DNA of 64,000 nt from Candidatus Neomicrothrix sp. Its GTDB lineage: Bacteria; Actinomycetota; Acidimicrobiia; Acidimicrobiales; Aldehydirespiratoraceae. Below are positions 49,614 to 57,802 of this stretch, in pieces. The notes under the pieces were generated by a model, which was not told where the DNA came from, ran no database searches, and worked only from the letters and a program-made list of their open reading frames with translations. Position numbers and translations under genes: made by a program. The stretch lies in NCBI GenBank assembly GCA_017852795.1, contig JAFMKU010000005.1:2045-66044 (forward strand). Reading direction: 5' to 3'. Numbering within the stretch: position 1 is the stretch's first letter; each line of letters opens with the position of its first letter.

Positions 49614-52040
49614 TTAGTCCGGGATGAAGACCGGGCACCCGTTCTGACCTGGCTCCGGAGCGGGGATAAAAGTGTAGAGATACTCCACGTCGTACGTCGC
49701 TGAGCCTCCAACCGCCCGAATTTCGGCCGTGAACTCAAGGTCCTCCCCTTGAGTTGCTGGCCAGAACGGTGTCGGGAATCCAAACTCATCGGCATGGAAC
49801 CGAAGAACGTTGTCGCGGCTACCTGCCACCGACTTGCTGAGCGGCGGATAGTCATCGAATTTCACGCTAACGAGCCACTCGGCGGGGAGAGGATCGCCAA
49901 AGTCGGCACTCCAGACGACCTCTACCCAGGGTCGATTGCCGAAACATTCCGCGGTTATCAACGTCGAATACAGATCCAGCGGACAACTCAGCGTCAAGCT
50001 GTCGTTCAGTGTCTCGTACACCGTCCCACCACTGCTGGTGATCTTGACGTCAAAGGTCACGAAGCCAGCGTTGTCAGGCCAGATGTACGGCGCGAACCCT
50101 CCAGGACTGAAATCGGCCGGACGCATGTCGACCGTCCAACCGGTTTCCCCTGAGGAGGTGGCTTTCGTCGTGGTGTAGGTCTGGAGTCCGTAGACATCCG
50201 AGTTGAAGCTGACCTTCAACGTCCAATTCGCGGGCAGCGGATCACCGGCCCGAACGAACCACCGGACTTGCAAGCTGTTTTGTTCTACCGCGCATTCGCC
50301 GTACATCGAGATGTCAGCGATGCGGTTTGGATCCGGGTCAGGATCCGGGTCAGGATCCGGATCGGGATCGGGGTCCGGATCGGGATCTGGATCCGGGTCA
50401 TTCGAAGGGGTGACCGGAGGATCGAAACAAGGTCCCCAACCAGGGAGGCCCTGATTGCTCTCGATCGTGCTTGTTGCTCCCGTAGGTGTGCCGTCAGCAT
50501 CGACCGGGGTCCAGATTCCTTGGATGAAACGCCAGTAGTTCCCGTTCGGGTCTTGCCAGAGCGTGGCTCCGTCGGCAGTCTCGACCCACCCCCAAAGCGT
50601 GGTGTCGCAGTGGCAGTCTTCGATGTAACCAGGGAGGTCTTCGGTAGGTACCTCGAACTCGTAATACCCCTCCCCGATCGGTCGATCCGCGGGGACCCAT
50701 CCACCGTCATAGGCCGGATACCAAGTGATCCCAGTGGGGTCAACCCAGACATAGCCGCCGTTGGGTCCTGTCTGCCAACCCCACGGTGGGCATTCGAAAC
50801 AATCTGAGTTCCAATCGGGCAGATCACGGATGTCGGTGATCACGATGTCTTCGTCCGCAACGGCCAAGAACTGGCGCCATCCACCGTCATTGAACGACCA
50901 GGCCCAGGCGTTGCCGTCACGCTCCATCCACACCCAGCCCGAATACAGGTCGGTGTTGCCATAGATCCAGCCCCAAGATCCGTCATCGGGACACGGCGGG
51001 AAGCATTCATCGGGGTCGTAGGTCTCCCGGTATTCGTAGGCGACACCCCCTTCGATCTGTTCGATTTCACGGACGCCAGGGGTGATGATGACGTAGGTGG
51101 TCGTGCGCTGCTCACCTTCGGCAGAGATCACGTCTTCAGGTGTTCGGTACGTGCCGTCGACGTATTCGTAGGACTGCGTACCCGAAGAATCGCCGGGGCA
51201 CGGATAGCAGTCTCTTCGATACCCGGGGACGAGGGTCTCGTCTTCATAGACCGCGCCGCTTCCGTCGGTCGCTTCCCATGTTCCCGAATCTTCGTAGAAG
51301 CGGTATTCCCCGTCAGGGGTTTCGAGGATCCAACTTTCGTCGCTTTCACGGAACCCATAGGGCGGAACCGGTGGGCAATCAGGGACCGTGGTGGTCGGCG
51401 GTTCTTCACCCGGGGTGTCCGGTGGGATAAGCGGGTTGCCACAGGCACAACGGGCCCGAGGAATCCCGTCCTCGTCAACCAGCACCGCGGTGCCGGCCTC
51501 CAAGACGGCTTGGAACGGGGTGGCCCTGCCGTTGCGGTAACCGTGGTTGGTGACCAGCGTGTTCTCAAGCAGGATGGCCGGTTCTAAGGTGCGGAGGTAG
51601 TTCTCAAGTTCGCCAACGGTCAGCCCCTGTACGTCGGCCCAAGCCTGAGCCATCTGTGGGTTGTTGCGCATAAAGGCGATGAGCCGGTCCACATCACACA
51701 CGTTTTCGCCGGTGCCGCCATAGAGGCCGGGCCCCGCCACCACGACACCGCTACGTAGCCCTTCGTTCTCGACATCGACCAGCACGTTGGCTACCGAAGC
51801 GGTAAACGGGTCAGGCCCGGGGGCGTCAGCCGGTTGGAACAAGAAGTCTTCCCGAGGGGACAGCACGGTCTGGTCACCATCATCAGACATCGACTGCCAA
51901 GCAAAAAGCCCACCGATGAGCGAGACAATGACCACCGCGGCGATCACTGCTCGGCTCCGCGGAGCGAGCCAGTTCTTCAGCGGTGAACCGTCGGGGTTCA
52001 CCGGTGAGTTCGAGCCAGCATCCGAGGACTGTTCATTCAT
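49614..52040 (-). CDS. N-terminally anchored extracellular repeat protein (808 aa) with Cys-pair/Trp-rich repeats, a (Asp-Pro)12 linker and a duplicated C-terminal domain
   Basis: The track ORF starts at 52184; I prefer ATG 52040 (MNEQSSDAGS). It has a single TM (AVIAAVVIVSLIGGLFAW). Next is a globular domain ending RARCACGNPL. Four W-rich repeats follow (e.g. PWGWQTGPNGGYVWVDPTGITWYPAYDGGW). Then come DPx12 and two paralogous domains sharing GDPLPA(N/E)W. Confidence 0.6.
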   Translation of the reverse strand: MNEQSSDAGSNSPVNPDGSPLKNWLAPRSRAVIAAVVIVSLIGGLFAWQSMSDDGDQTVLSPREDFLFQPADAPGPDPFTASVANVLVDVENEGLRSGVVVAGPGLYGGTGENVCDVDRLIAFMRNNPQMAQAWADVQGLTVGELENYLRTLEPAILLENTLVTNHGYRNGRATPFQAVLEAGTAVLVDEDGIPRARCACGNPLIPPDTPGEEPPTTTVPDCPPVPPYGFRESDESWILETPDGEYRFYEDSGTWEATDGSGAVYEDETLVPGYRRDCYPCPGDSSGTQSYEYVDGTYRTPEDVISAEGEQRTTTYVIITPGVREIEQIEGGVAYEYRETYDPDECFPPCPDDGSWGWIYGNTDLYSGWVWMERDGNAWAWSFNDGGWRQFLAVADEDIVITDIRDLPDWNSDCFECPPWGWQTGPNGGYVWVDPTGITWYPAYDGGWVPADRPIGEGYYEFEVPTEDLPGYIEDCHCDTTLWGWVETADGATLWQDPNGNYWRFIQGIWTPVDADGTPTGATSTIESNQGLPGWGPCFDPPVTPSNDPDPDPDPDPDPDPDPDPDPDPDPNRIADISMYGECAVEQNSLQVRWFVRAGDPLPANWTLKVSFNSDVYGLQTYTTTKATSSGETGWTVDMRPADFSPGGFAPYIWPDNAGFVTFDVKITSSGGTVYETLNDSLTLSCPLDLYSTLITAECFGNRPWVEVVWSADFGDPLPAEWLVSVKFDDYPPLSKSVAGSRDNVLRFHADEFGFPTPFWPATQGEDLEFTAEIRAVGGSATYDVEYLYTFIPAPEPGQNGCPVFIPD
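50328..50399 (-). repeat. Hexanucleotide (GAY-CCN)12 tandem repeat encoding (Asp-Pro)12
   Basis: Read directly. Minus strand: gac ccg gat cca gat ccc gat ccg gac ccc gat ccc gat ccg gat cct gac ccg gat cct gac ccg gat cca. Confidence 0.9.
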
Positions 52041-52360
52041 GACGAAACAGTAGCCGACCACTAAACGCTGGGGTGCGGAATCCCGCAACCACACTGCACG
52101 GAAGCGACGCGTCAACCACCGACCCGTCGCAACTAGACAGCAACTCGACGGTCGCCGACAAAACCCTCGCCGAGCAGCTCGCAAAGCTGGGTAGCGACCG
52201 GCCAGCGGCCGATCAACAACTCACCAAAGGGCTACTACTCGCTGGTCCTGAAGTACGGACCAGCAGAAATTGCCCGGATCGACGTACTTCCCGGATCTCG
52301 CTACGAGTGCCAGCAGGCAAAACGGATGCTCCTCGTTCGGGAGCGCACAGAGAACTCGAA

Positions 52361-52395
52361 CAAAAAGACGAAGGCCCGGTCCCTGAGGACCGGGC
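52361..52395 (-). terminator. Candidate intrinsic terminator downstream of tRNA-fMet
   Basis: 9-bp GC-rich stem gcccggtcc / ggaccgggc (52374-52382 / 52387-52395) with a 4-nt loop. On the minus strand it is followed by CTTCGTCTTTTTG. Confidence 0.45.
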
Positions 52396-52407
52396 TTTCT
52401 CTCTTAG

Positions 52408-52481
<74 letters not shown>

Positions 52482-52519
52482 TACAAGACGTTAGCGACCC
52501 GCCACCCAATCACCAACCG

Positions 52520-53005
52520 ATGCCACGTTTCGACAACTCCCCAGCGATCACGGACAATGGACCCATGGCCGACCATTCCGAACCAACCGGAACCCCCCTG
52601 ACCGTCGACGTGGTCAACGACACTGTTCGATCCCACTGGGCCGACTCGCCGCACGTCTGTATCGACATCGGGCCGACGTTCGCGGTTGCTCGCCACGAGA
52701 TCGACCAGAGCCGCCTACGGCCCGGCGGTTTCGTCCCGGGGCCCACCATGTTCTCGATGGCTGACCTCGTGCTCTGGTATCTGTGCTTCGGCGCCCTGAA
52801 CCGAGTCGAACCGATGGCGCTCACCTCTGAATTGTCGATCCGGTTTCTCCGGCCCGCGCAAGGCCAGACGTTGTTTGCTCGAGCCGACCTCGACAAAGCC
52901 GGACGCACCTCAGTGGTCGGAACGGTCAAGCTCTGGATGGACGACCAACCCGAACGTCTCGTTGCCACCGCTCAAGGAACCTACGCGCTGCCCCGAGAAG
53001 CCTGA
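52520..53005 (+). CDS. PaaI/hotdog-fold thioesterase-family protein
   Basis: The track ORF start (52445) overlaps the tRNA. In-frame Met codons at 52520 or 52565 are more likely. The pattern GGFVPGPTMFSMADLVLW...SIRFLRPA...GRTSVVGTVKLW fits PaaI-type hotdog proteins. Confidence 0.6.
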   Translation: MPRFDNSPAITDNGPMADHSEPTGTPLTVDVVNDTVRSHWADSPHVCIDIGPTFAVARHEIDQSRLRPGGFVPGPTMFSMADLVLWYLCFGALNRVEPMALTSELSIRFLRPAQGQTLFARADLDKAGRTSVVGTVKLWMDDQPERLVATAQGTYALPREA

Positions 53006-53052
53006 AATACCCCCGGGGGGGCGGCAGCACTTTCGCCGCTAGCGTCCTCAGG

Positions 53053-54231
53053 ATGCCCCAGACCGCCGCCGATCGATCACCGTCGCTGGTGCCGTTTCAG
53101 ATCGTGATGGGGGCCACCACCGCAGCAGTCGGAGGCATCGTCGCCGTCCTCGGTGAGATCCGATCCGAACTCAACGTGGGCGGCACCAGTATCGGAATCA
53201 TTGTTGCCAGTGGGTTCATTTCATCGTTTGTCGCCCAGATTGCGCTCTCGCCGCTAGCCGACCGCGGGTACGGCAGAATCATGGCGATCTACGGGACAAT
53301 CATCAGCGCGCTCGCGCTGTTTCTCATGTCGCAGGCTGACAGTGTCACGGTTTGGATCGTGGCTCGCTCAATGGTCGGTTTCGCGGGAGGAATGCTTCTC
53401 CCTGGGTTACGCCGTGCTGCCACCGTGCTCGACCCGCAGCGATCGGGAGAGAACCTCGGAAAACTCGCAGCCAGCGAAATTTTTGGCTTCATGATCGGAC
53501 CAGTTGCGGCCGCCGCACTGGTTGAAGTGGGCGATGCGCACCTTCCGTTCATCGTTTTTGGTGTCGCCATGATCCTCTTTCTCCCGGTTGTCTTCCGTCT
53601 TCCACCCGACAACGGGCGCCAGAGCACCCGCACCCAGAACCCGCTGGGTTTGCTTCGCTACCGGCGTCTCCAGGGCGCAATCATTCTGGTGAGCGGCTAC
53701 TTCCTGATGGTTGGCGCGTTCGAATCGGTCCTGCCGTTGATGTTTACTGATCGCGGCGGCTCCGCGTTCCATATTGGACTGGCCTTCACAGCGTTCTGTA
53801 TCCCGATCATGGCGGTCAGCCGGCATGCTGGCCGGCTCGCCGATCGACACTCAGCCGCCCATATCGCCATCGCTGGAATGGCAATTTCCACATTCTTCGT
53901 CCTTACCTACGGGTTCATTCCCGGACTGCTGTGGCTGGTGATCGTGATGATGATCGCCGGGATTGCCGACGGCTACGGCTACACCGCGGGCCAAGTCGCG
54001 GTTTCTCAATCGGTCCCGGAGGACCGGCAAGCCGCAGCGCTCGGGCTGATGGGTGCCGCTGAGGTTCTGGCCGCCGGAATGTCGGCTCTGCCATCAGCAG
54101 CCCTCTACGAACACCACGGTGACAAAGTTGCCTGGCTGGCGGTCGGGTCGAGCACGCTCATCATTTTGGCGATCGGGACAAGCCGACTTCGAGGCACTCA
54201 ACCGATCTCTCACGCCGCGTCCAGCCACTGA
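53053..54231 (+). CDS. MFS transporter
   Basis: 392 aa, about 12 TM. Loop motif LSPLADRGYGR resembles the MFS signature between TM2 and TM3. Confidence 0.85.
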   Translation: MPQTAADRSPSLVPFQIVMGATTAAVGGIVAVLGEIRSELNVGGTSIGIIVASGFISSFVAQIALSPLADRGYGRIMAIYGTIISALALFLMSQADSVTVWIVARSMVGFAGGMLLPGLRRAATVLDPQRSGENLGKLAASEIFGFMIGPVAAAALVEVGDAHLPFIVFGVAMILFLPVVFRLPPDNGRQSTRTQNPLGLLRYRRLQGAIILVSGYFLMVGAFESVLPLMFTDRGGSAFHIGLAFTAFCIPIMAVSRHAGRLADRHSAAHIAIAGMAISTFFVLTYGFIPGLLWLVIVMMIAGIADGYGYTAGQVAVSQSVPEDRQAAALGLMGAAEVLAAGMSALPSAALYEHHGDKVAWLAVGSSTLIILAIGTSRLRGTQPISHAASSH

Positions 54232-54242
54232 CCGTCTACCCA

Positions 54243-54306
54243 CTGATCGCCCGCGACGGTGATCGCCCGAGACGGTGATCGCCCGAGACGGTGATCGCCC
54301 GCGACG
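54243..54306. repeat. Four tandem copies of a 16-bp unit (gtgatcgcccg[a/c]gacg)
   Basis: Read directly: ctgatcgcccgcgacg / gtgatcgcccgagacg / gtgatcgcccgagacg / gtgatcgcccgcgacg. It lies in the 84-bp gap between the convergent MFS and tauD-like genes. Confidence 0.9.
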
Positions 54307-54315
54307 GCGAGGGCT

Positions 54316-55134
54316 CTAGAACGGACGGTCCCCGATCACCGTGACCCGTTCCATCCGGCGATGAGCCGGAAGGAAGTCGTTGGTGGCGGCGTGCTGGGCG
54401 GACCGGTTGTCCCACATCACGAAGGTGTCCTTTTGCCACCGGACCCGGCACTGCACCGACGGACTCATGATCTGCCGCTCGAGTTGCCGCAGGATCTCCT
54501 CGGACTCCTCCGGCGAAACCCCCTCGATGTGGGAAGTGAAACCGATGTTGGTGTAAATCCCGCGTTCCCCAGTCTCCGGGTGGGTGCGGATGACCGGATG
54601 ATGCTGGACCGGATACTTGGCTCGCATCTCCGCCTTTTGGTCGTCAGGAACCCGACCCCCAAACACCTTCATGTAGTCGTGCACCGCTACCAGCCCATCG
54701 ATCCGCTCCTTCCATTCGTCGGAAAGACGTTCGTAGGCCAACGCAGCATCGGCGAAACAGGTGTCGCCACCAACCGGCGGGACAATTACCCCTCGCAGAA
54801 TCGAACCCATCGACGGTTCGGCCCGCCAGGTCACATCGCTGTGCCAGCCCGATGCAACAAACGAACGACCCGTGTCGCCCCCGGCTTCAAGGACCACGAT
54901 CTCGGGATGGCCGTCGTCGTTTTCGGTAAACGGATGCACCTCAAGTTCGCCGAACAGCCGTCCAAACGCGATGTGCTGCTCCTGAGTGATGGGCTGGTCC
55001 CGAATCACCAGAACTTTGTGGTCAAGCCACACCTTGCGGAGTTCTTCAGCGGTGTCCTGAGAAATCTCGGAAAGGTCAATGCCGGTGATCTCGGCGCCGA
55101 TCGCGGCCGTTATGGGGTGAACGTCAAACGCCAT
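54316..55134 (-). CDS. TauD/TfdA-family Fe(II)/2OG dioxygenase
   Basis: 272 aa. ASGWHSDVTW (HxD) plus the distal MWDNRSAQHAA motif. Confidence 0.85.
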   Translation of the reverse strand: MAFDVHPITAAIGAEITGIDLSEISQDTAEELRKVWLDHKVLVIRDQPITQEQHIAFGRLFGELEVHPFTENDDGHPEIVVLEAGGDTGRSFVASGWHSDVTWRAEPSMGSILRGVIVPPVGGDTCFADAALAYERLSDEWKERIDGLVAVHDYMKVFGGRVPDDQKAEMRAKYPVQHHPVIRTHPETGERGIYTNIGFTSHIEGVSPEESEEILRQLERQIMSPSVQCRVRWQKDTFVMWDNRSAQHAATNDFLPAHRRMERVTVIGDRPF

Positions 55135-55184
55135 GGCTTCCTCCTAGACGAGCTCAACGGCAAACACTACTGCCCTGCGGGTTT

Positions 55185-55220
55185 CGGTAAGCCTCAACCC
55201 GTTCCGGCAAGTCTCAACCC
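55185..55220. promoter_or_regulatory. Imperfect 16-bp direct repeats spaced 20 bp apart in a divergent promoter region
   Basis: cggtaagcctcaaccc (55185-55200) and cggcaagtctcaaccc (55205-55220), 14/16 identical. A third partial copy, cggcaagcc, lies near 55242. They sit between the tauD-like start (55134, minus) and the gltB-like start (55289, plus). Confidence 0.25.
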
Positions 55221-55288
55221 AAACGAGGCGAACCGCAAGACCGGCAAGCCGACGGTGAGGTGTCGCCAAGCCCAGTAGTGTCGCGAAC

Positions 55289-56725
55289 GTGTTCGATGTC
55301 TGGCTTTGGGTTCTGTTCGGCTTCGCGGTGGCGCTGGTTCTGCTCGCGATCTATGACCTGACGCAACGCCGGCACGCCATCTTGCGCAACTATCCGGTGA
55401 TCGGCCATCTGCGGTTCATGCTCGAAGCGGTCGGCCCTGAACTCCGCCAATACATCGTCACCGACAACGACGAAGAACGACCGTTTTCGCGGGATCAACG
55501 GCGCTGGGTGTACGCCAGTGCCAAAGGACAGAACTCCTATTTCGGGTTCGGCACCGACAACAACCTCAACCAGACCGGGTATCCATTCTTTCACCACAGC
55601 GCCTTTCCGCTTGACGGCGAAACCGACGGGCCGATCCCCTGCCTAAAAACGTTGGGCGAATGGCGAAACCGCGCCGACGCGTTCCAACCAGCGTCGATCG
55701 TGGCAATTTCAGCCATGAGCTTCGGGGCGTTGTCCAGCGCCGCGATCGTTGCCCTCAACCGGGGCGCGGCAACCGCACGGGCGTTGCACAACACCGGCGA
55801 AGGGGGCATCTCCATTCACCACCGCCAAGGTGGCGACCTCGTGTTCCAATTGGGAACCGGCTATTTCGGGGCTCGCCAGGCCGACGGTTCGTTCTCAATG
55901 GATCGCTTTGTGGAAGCGGTCCAAAGCGCACCGGTTCAGGCGATCGAAGTCAAGCTCTCGCAAGGAGCAAAGCCCGGCTTGGGCGGTCGGCTTCCCGGAG
56001 CCAAAGTCACCGCTGAGATCGCTGCAGCCCGAGGAGTGCCGGTCAACGTCACCGTGCAAAGCCCGGCTCGGCATCGGGCTTTCGACGATGTCCACGGCCT
56101 CGTTGACTTCGTGGAACAACTCGCGGCTGCATCAGGGAAGCCGGTGGGGATCAAGTCGGCAGTCGGCGACCCGCGCTTTTGGTCGGAACTTGCCGAAGTC
56201 ATGGCTCAAACCGGGCGCGGCCCCGACTTCATCACGGTGGACGGAGGCGAAGGCGGCACCGGTGCCGCCCCGCTGGTGTTCGCCGACCATGTCGCGCTTC
56301 CGTTCCGACAGGCGTTCCCCACCGTTCGTAATGCGCTCGCCGTTCACCGACTCGACGAACGGATCGTGCTGATCGGTGCCGGCAAGCTCGGCATCACTCC
56401 GGACGGGGCGATGGCCATGGCCATGGGTGCGGACATGATCGCGGTGGCCCGCGAAGCGATGCTGGCTGTGGGATGCATTCAGGCCCAGAAATGCCACACC
56501 GGACACTGCCCGACCGGTGTCGCTACCCAGACCCCACGGCTCGTGCGGGGCCTCGATCCCGCCGACAAGTCGGTTCGGGTCGCCAACTATCTGCTGGCGT
56601 TCCAACATGACCTGATGACCCTCGCCCACGCCATGGGACATGACCATCCGGGCCACATCACGCTGGATCAAGTCAGCCTCTCCGACGGCCATGGCCGGCT
56701 GCTCCCAGCGACCGACTCCTACTAG
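55289..56725 (+). CDS. FMN-binding glutamate-synthase-family (GltB domain 2-like) protein with N-terminal TM helix
   Basis: 478 aa with GTG start. RNYPVIGHLRF, ISAMSFGALS, KLSQGAKPGLGG and VDGGEGGTGAAP are characteristic of the glutamate synthase-related family. Confidence 0.85.
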   Translation: MFDVWLWVLFGFAVALVLLAIYDLTQRRHAILRNYPVIGHLRFMLEAVGPELRQYIVTDNDEERPFSRDQRRWVYASAKGQNSYFGFGTDNNLNQTGYPFFHHSAFPLDGETDGPIPCLKTLGEWRNRADAFQPASIVAISAMSFGALSSAAIVALNRGAATARALHNTGEGGISIHHRQGGDLVFQLGTGYFGARQADGSFSMDRFVEAVQSAPVQAIEVKLSQGAKPGLGGRLPGAKVTAEIAAARGVPVNVTVQSPARHRAFDDVHGLVDFVEQLAAASGKPVGIKSAVGDPRFWSELAEVMAQTGRGPDFITVDGGEGGTGAAPLVFADHVALPFRQAFPTVRNALAVHRLDERIVLIGAGKLGITPDGAMAMAMGADMIAVAREAMLAVGCIQAQKCHTGHCPTGVATQTPRLVRGLDPADKSVRVANYLLAFQHDLMTLAHAMGHDHPGHITLDQVSLSDGHGRLLPATDSY

Positions 56726-56764
56726 TCCGGCTTGGACCTGCTCGTCAGCGTCGGACCGGGCCGC

Positions 56765-57802
56765 TCAGGACAACTCGGTTTGGATGGCATCGGCGGCCAG
56801 CGACGCGGCAGCGACCTCGTCGGGAAGGTGCAACCGTCCCGCAAGGAACGCTTCGGCGGACCGCCGCACCTCATCACCGGTGAGCAGATCGCGGTTGAGT
56901 GCCGCGGCAATGTCGGACGCGTTCTTGGTGTGTATGAGCGCACCGGTAAGCGCCGGGAACGCGGCTGATCGTTCACCGTGAGGGTTGTGAAACAGCAGCT
57001 GGACTCCACGCACCAGCGCCTCCAGGCACAGCGTCGAGAACCGTGAAAGGAGATGGCTCGACTCGGCCAGCAGTTCCGACGCGGTCCGGTTGCTTGTTCG
57101 GTACGGCAAACTCGTCCCCCGCTCGGCACGATGCCGAGACAGCGCCCAATCACACGACGCGCTGCGACATCCGGCAACCGCTTCGGCTACCCACGGGCGA
57201 CGAACATCGGACAACACGCCGTAGGTGAAGTTCGAGTTGATGGTCACGAACCGTTCGGTCGGAGTCGTCGGTGGCGCCAACCACAGCGACTGGAGCCGCT
57301 GGCTACCCACCACCGAGGTGCGTTGCTCGATGAGCTGCGACGCGTCGAACTCACCGAGACACAAAACGTGATCAACCCGTCGGTACGGCCGACGGCTGCG
57401 ACCCGTGTCAGCATCGTCGAAATCCTGCACGCCCTCCACCCAGCCGAACGTGGGAATCCCCAAACCCTGACTGCGTTCAACCAACTCCCGAGGTGTTCCC
57501 CAATCGTTCATCACCACCAGCGCCCGTGCCCGGCCGGCCAACCGCTCGGGGCTGATCGTGGCCCCAGCGGTCGGTGCCGCCGAGACCAGTTCCTGAAACC
57601 GCCGATAACCGGGGCGTAACCGCCTCACCGGTTGACGGGGAGGAACCGGTGCGACCAGCAACGCGGGCACCCCTCTGCGCCGCAGTTCGTCCTGCAACGG
57701 AAGCAACTCCCCGAGGTGATACGCGGCCTGAGCGACCAGAACCACCGACGAACCTTCCGGATCTTGACCGAAAATTCGGTAGTGGTCGATCACACCGCCC
57801 AT
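56765..57802 (-). CDS. Hypothetical protein; possible GT-B-like surface-carbohydrate transferase
   Basis: The track start (57946) lies inside the upstream gene. Likely starts are ATG 57802 or GTG 57793 (GTGA overlap with the upstream stop). I recognise no firm motif. The C-terminal pattern LLSRFSTLCLEALVRGVQLLF is reminiscent of GT-B / capsule-synthesis proteins, which is a weak inference. Confidence 0.45.
   Translation of the reverse strand: MGGVIDHYRIFGQDPEGSSVVLVAQAAYHLGELLPLQDELRRRGVPALLVAPVPPRQPVRRLRPGYRRFQELVSAAPTAGATISPERLAGRARALVVMNDWGTPRELVERSQGLGIPTFGWVEGVQDFDDADTGRSRRPYRRVDHVLCLGEFDASQLIEQRTSVVGSQRLQSLWLAPPTTPTERFVTINSNFTYGVLSDVRRPWVAEAVAGCRSASCDWALSRHRAERGTSLPYRTSNRTASELLAESSHLLSRFSTLCLEALVRGVQLLFHNPHGERSAAFPALTGALIHTKNASDIAAALNRDLLTGDEVRRSAEAFLAGRLHLPDEVAAASLAADAIQTELS

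Noticed and set aside
50328-50399. Possible CRISPR array or mobile-element repeat
   Set aside because: The 6-nt units have no spacers and lie inside an ORF, where they encode (Asp-Pro)12. The 16-bp x4 repeat at 54243-54306 is likewise spacer-less. No cas genes are in the window.
54361-55278. 305-aa plus-strand ORF
   Set aside because: It is antisense to the TauD/TfdA gene, which has the HxD...H motifs present.
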